From: Euryarchaeota archaeon UBA171 | GTDB lineage: Archaea; Thermoplasmatota; Poseidoniia; Poseidoniales; Thalassarchaeaceae | Assembly (NCBI GenBank): GCA_002497295.1 | Contig: DANO01000029.1 | Location: 4,978-68,977 of the forward strand | Reading direction: 5' to 3' | DNA: 64,000 bases | Part shown: positions 60,297 through 64,000 of the stretch, piece after piece | How the letters are laid out: every line of letters starts with the position of its first letter | Position numbering within the stretch: the stretch's first letter is position 1 | Notes under the pieces: generated by a model | Databases searched by the model: none | What the model was told of the DNA's origin: nothing | The model's input: the letters and a program-made list of their open reading frames with translations, nothing else | Made by a program: the position numbers and the translations under genes

Positions 60297-62393
60297 TCAT
60301 TGATCGGACGAATCGCCCCATCTTATGATGGCAGCATAAGATAGTGCAACAATCGCCATTGATACAAACATAGGGGGAATCCAATCAGGGAGGTTGTCTC
60401 GTATAGTGATGTTTCCTGTGAGGTCTATCGTCTCCTCATCTCCTCCTGGAAGTTGGAACCAGATCAGTTTCAAGTCTAGTTCTCCGACTGAATCAGGAGT
60501 GATTGCCAGAGATATTCGAGACACTGCGGCGCCAGTGGAAGTAGCAGGTACTATAATTCCCTCTGGGGAGCATATGGCTCCACTACACAACCGTGCCGAT
60601 CCGCTCCCAGACCCCTCGTTGTTTATCGAGGCCGTGATCACAAGCGGATTGTTCAATCCGATGTCCCCAGATACCTCGATGGTTGGAGAGGTGGAGAATA
60701 TCACTCCTTCAGCGGGTTCTATCTCAATAGGCACTTCCAGAACTGATTCATGGCCTGACGGATCCCATGAAAGGATACGGATTACATGGTTACCCGGATG
60801 TGCCTCTCCAAGAGATATTGGGTCGCTAATGTCTGAATATGGGGTCATTTCATGCACATAGTTGCCATCGAAAACGATTGTCCACGCGGTAGTGTCTATA
60901 GCATCGATCCTGTCATATGAGCCGCTTATGTTCAATTGGATCTCTTGTCCTGCGATCAGCCTGGTGGAAGATTCCACCGATACGCCTGACAGCATTATCT
61001 CGGGAACTATCACTGGGCCCTCATCATCCAGGACGACGATCGTCCAGTTTCCAACGACATTGTTCCCGACTGAATCTTGGACATCGATTGAGAAAAACCA
61101 CTTCGTCGGCTCTCTCTGGGAATGACGGTCGCCCGGATCCCTATGTGGCCCATTAGTGGACTGGCCGTGATAGAATGCTTCCGTTATCTCTAGGGTATCA
61201 GTACCTGTTCGCGTGAAGCCTCCACTTCTATTTGATTCGAGATAGATTCTGACTGGATCGCCTTCCTGGTCGTGTGCCTCGATAACTGATCTGAGAACTG
61301 TGCCAGAAGGCAGGGGTATAGTGTTGGATTCAGGCTGTATATCATTCCACAGCCCGGTGCCTACGGAAGCTTGGAATGAGATGCTGAAAGTCGGGGGTGC
61401 GGAGTCGACAGTGACGGTTTGCGTCCATGAAGAATTGGCTCCATGGGCATCTGTACACATCATCGAAAAGAAGATCTGCTCCCCATGTTCTAATTCCATC
61501 GAAGATGTTTGGATTTCCAGAATATTACCGATATATTCGATTTTCTCGAAGGGGCCATCTACAACCCACTCCGGGACCGGATTGGCTAAACTGTTGTCCT
61601 CGCACAGACCGGCTAGATTAATATCGGAATGAGGGGATATCGTTGTCGATCCACCCCCCTGTCTAACGGCAGAAGCCGAAGGCTGGACATTCGTATCGAG
61701 AGATATCCGTATATCAGATGCAACTGGTGAGGATGATCTGTCGACTGTGAATCCACTTGGACTTGGGGTCATTATACTAGATTGTGCACTGAACCTATAC
61801 TCCCAGGAATGCGGCAAAATAATCTTCATCGGAACTGCCTCTACGAGTGACCCTGTTCTGGGTAAATCGAGTAGTCTGATGGCTCTACCATCAGCGACTC
61901 CGAGTATATCGGCGGTCTCGTTCCACCCCCATGTATGTGATATTTCGAGGGGTCCGACGGGTATACTGGACAAATTGAATGATATGGGGCCGTCAAGAAT
62001 GAATGGTTGGAGATCAAATGAACAACAACCGGCTACTTCGGCATCCCCCCATGTCCGACTTTGCTCAAGTTGTATCGAGAATGCATGAGATTCTGATTGA
62101 GAAATGTTGCCGTCTGCATCTCCAATGTGAGTGTCAATTTGATATCTGACGCCCAAATGAGAGTCGGGGAGGAAGTCAGCTCCGATTCTGCTCGGCGCTG
62201 AAATGGAAAGTTGCCATGTAGCTGGTATTCCATGGCTCTGGTCTATCGAGTGTATCGCCAGGGTAGAGTTGCCTTGTATTTCGGGGTCTTGATTCTCTTC
62301 GGAAGCCACGGTTTGACTCAAAGCCACTGAGAAAAACAGAGTTGCCAGAAGAGCAAACGAGAGAGATCTTCGAGCATTCACGACTGGTTGCAT
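60297..62393 (-). CDS. Large secreted surface protein (698 aa) with a signal peptide and a C-terminal TM anchor
   Basis: N-terminus LSFALLATLFFSVALSQTVA; C-terminus PPMFVSMAIVALSYAAIIRW; beta-rich, Ig-like composition. Confidence 0.45.
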   Translation of the reverse strand: MQPVVNARRSLSFALLATLFFSVALSQTVASEENQDPEIQGNSTLAIHSIDQSHGIPATWQLSISAPSRIGADFLPDSHLGVRYQIDTHIGDADGNISQSESHAFSIQLEQSRTWGDAEVAGCCSFDLQPFILDGPISFNLSSIPVGPLEISHTWGWNETADILGVADGRAIRLLDLPRTGSLVEAVPMKIILPHSWEYRFSAQSSIMTPSPSGFTVDRSSSPVASDIRISLDTNVQPSASAVRQGGGSTTISPHSDINLAGLCEDNSLANPVPEWVVDGPFEKIEYIGNILEIQTSSMELEHGEQIFFSMMCTDAHGANSSWTQTVTVDSAPPTFSISFQASVGTGLWNDIQPESNTIPLPSGTVLRSVIEAHDQEGDPVRIYLESNRSGGFTRTGTDTLEITEAFYHGQSTNGPHRDPGDRHSQREPTKWFFSIDVQDSVGNNVVGNWTIVVLDDEGPVIVPEIMLSGVSVESSTRLIAGQEIQLNISGSYDRIDAIDTTAWTIVFDGNYVHEMTPYSDISDPISLGEAHPGNHVIRILSWDPSGHESVLEVPIEIEPAEGVIFSTSPTIEVSGDIGLNNPLVITASINNEGSGSGSARLCSGAICSPEGIIVPATSTGAAVSRISLAITPDSVGELDLKLIWFQLPGGDEETIDLTGNITIRDNLPDWIPPMFVSMAIVALSYAAIIRWGDSSDQ

Positions 62394-62406
62394 GAACTTC
62401 TGCGCT

Positions 62407-62745
62407 TCAATCCAACGGATTTTCGTCAGAAGACCGGACTGGTCTTAGGATCGAATAAAATGCGAATGCGGCCCATATGGCCCCTAATACAGCAAATGGC
62501 CATTCGCCAGTCACAGTCGCTCTAACCGTGAGCAGGAGTTCGCCGATTCCCATTGAAGTCAGATACGCGAAAGATCTGCTTGATATGATGGCCCGTGTTT
62601 CGAATGCAAATGCAGCAAGTACAAGCAGCATTCCGAGATACGCACCCGCCATTGTCAATTCCATGTATCGCGTGACAGGTATGATGCACATGAACCATGG
62701 TGCGCCCCGTTGTAGAATGGGCAAAAGAAAAGATGGTTCAGGCAT
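62407..62745 (-). CDS. Small 3-TM membrane protein
   Basis: 112 aa; hydrophobic segments LAMGIGELLLTV, GAIWAAFAFYSIL. Confidence 0.3.
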   Translation of the reverse strand: MPEPSFLLPILQRGAPWFMCIIPVTRYMELTMAGAYLGMLLVLAAFAFETRAIISSRSFAYLTSMGIGELLLTVRATVTGEWPFAVLGAIWAAFAFYSILRPVRSSDENPLD

Positions 62746-62831
62746 TACCGGTAATTATGACCACATGGATTGTTGATTCTAATGCCTTCATTCATCTCGG
62801 CTCAATAGCATCAGAAGACGCAATCAAGTCG

Positions 62832-64000
62832 ATGGGTAGTGCCTTGGCCCCGCATGGAGGAGCCATGCACGTTACCTCTGGAGTCCATGATGAGGTGAAG
62901 ACGGTCAGATTTAGATCCTGGAAAGGACGGCCTCGTGTTCTTGATGTGCTCAAGGACTTGCTCCAGACAACCTCGATCTCTCCCGATGAGGTACGTGGCC
63001 TAGCCGTGGCTATAGGGGAGAAAGCCGCCCCCCAAGACGTCGATGTCTCTCTGATGGTTCTAGCAGCACGGATGCATGGGGAGGGTCGTGATGTAGTCTT
63101 GGTATCGGACGATTACAAAATGACGACTACACGCGAAAGAGCAGGTCTCGGCTATTCGACATGCCCCCCCTCGACATTTCTTCAAAGGCTTGCAGATGGG
63201 GCCAGAGGTTCGGATGGAGGGAAGCTCAGAAGTTTGGCCCGTAGGGTCCGTGCCGCTGAGATGAGGTATGCAATAAGTAGGTCTGGGGAGTATGATATCC
63301 AGGGGAAGTTAACTTGGTTAGTCGAGAGTCTGTTAACGGCTAGGCCCCCGATTCCCCCTCCTGTGAAAGAAGATGGAGGGGGCGGAATCGAGATTTCGAT
63401 CCGTGCACTCAGGAGGCATATCGCAGGAGAGAAGGTCAAGGCTTCTGTACTGAAGCGACTGGGGGATTTGCCATCGATATGCGCTTCTGTTGGCGAGATT
63501 GACGGTCATCTCGAGTCACTTCTGGGAGAGGGGGGAGATCCAAGTGACCTCTATGTCTCTAGTTTAGGCGTTCTTCAGAGTGTACTTGAATCAACAGGCA
63601 TGGGACTTGCACCCTTGAATGACGAATTGTGCATGATTGCACACAGAGTCATGGCAGGTCCGATATCTAGGCTGGAGTCCGTCCTGGGACTTCTTGCGGG
63701 TTCCCTGGGCCGTAATGAGGCTTCGAGTTTGCATCTGGCACGCGCTCTTAGCCAAGCCAGTCTTGCTGTTGATGCGAGTGCTGAATCCAGGATAATGCAT
63801 CATCTTGGGCTCATGGCGATTGCAGCAGATGAGCCAGAAAGAGCGGCTTCACTCTTCGATGGGGCATCTGCTCAGTCTCTTAGGGGTGGAAATTCCAACC
63901 TTAGACACCTCATAGCCGCTGGGATATCTAGGCATCTTTCAGGAGATGGCGATGGCGCTGATTCCAATATATCGGAGGCTGCGAGAATAATCGATGAAGA
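62832..64000 (+). CDS. Hypothetical protein, 5' partial (runs off the window end)
   Basis: Open frame from an in-frame stop at 62757 and first ATG at 62832 with no stop before base 64000; Ala/Leu/Arg/Gly-rich. Confidence 0.3.
   Translation, partial: MGSALAPHGGAMHVTSGVHDEVKTVRFRSWKGRPRVLDVLKDLLQTTSISPDEVRGLAVAIGEKAAPQDVDVSLMVLAARMHGEGRDVVLVSDDYKMTTTRERAGLGYSTCPPSTFLQRLADGARGSDGGKLRSLARRVRAAEMRYAISRSGEYDIQGKLTWLVESLLTARPPIPPPVKEDGGGGIEISIRALRRHIAGEKVKASVLKRLGDLPSICASVGEIDGHLESLLGEGGDPSDLYVSSLGVLQSVLESTGMGLAPLNDELCMIAHRVMAGPISRLESVLGLLAGSLGRNEASSLHLARALSQASLAVDASAESRIMHHLGLMAIAADEPERAASLFDGASAQSLRGGNSNLRHLIAAGISRHLSGDGDGADSNISEAARIIDE

Noticed and set aside
1-64000. CRISPR arrays, cas genes, IS elements, rRNA operons, prophage genes
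   Set aside because: I scanned the intergenic regions and the ORF list. I found no regularly spaced direct repeats, no Cas, transposase or integrase-like motifs, and no rRNA-like conserved stretches.

Overview
This 64 kb window reads as a gene-dense, roughly 50% GC archaeal chromosomal segment. Archaeal markers are an Orc1/Cdc6 gene with an ORB-like element immediately upstream, a thermosome subunit, an archaeal-type PPAT fused to a DUF359 dephospho-CoA kinase, Bud32, and a tRNA-Gly(GCC) with encoded CCA. Bacterial-like content is also heavy: DnaK/GrpE, a photolyase, three enoyl-CoA hydratases, 3-hydroxyacyl-CoA dehydrogenase, a eukaryote-type class I FBP aldolase next to GlpX, M14/M17 peptidases, and large anchored surface proteins. 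By inference this mix resembles Marine Group II / Thermoplasmatota-like euryarchaea, but I cannot confirm that without a search. Nearly all of the window is coding; I saw no CRISPR array, IS element, integrase or rRNA. Three things stand out to me. First, a ~290 nt strongly GC-rich, hairpin-rich, ORF-poor island at about 8432..8722 whose ends can base-pair, which I call a candidate structured ncRNA of unresolved family. Second, an AT-rich candidate replication origin with an ORB-like motif upstream of orc1/cdc6. Third, an orphan 852-aa protein with an N-terminal winged helix that sits between that GC-rich island and an AT-rich divergent promoter carrying a 9-bp inverted repeat and a small basic-protein gene. 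Other notable loci are the PPAT-DPCK fusion, a PAP2-like membrane domain fused to a beta-propeller, and a GmhA/HddA-like heptose pair next to envelope proteins. All functional calls rest on motifs I recognised by eye in the ORF translations. I ran no database searches.
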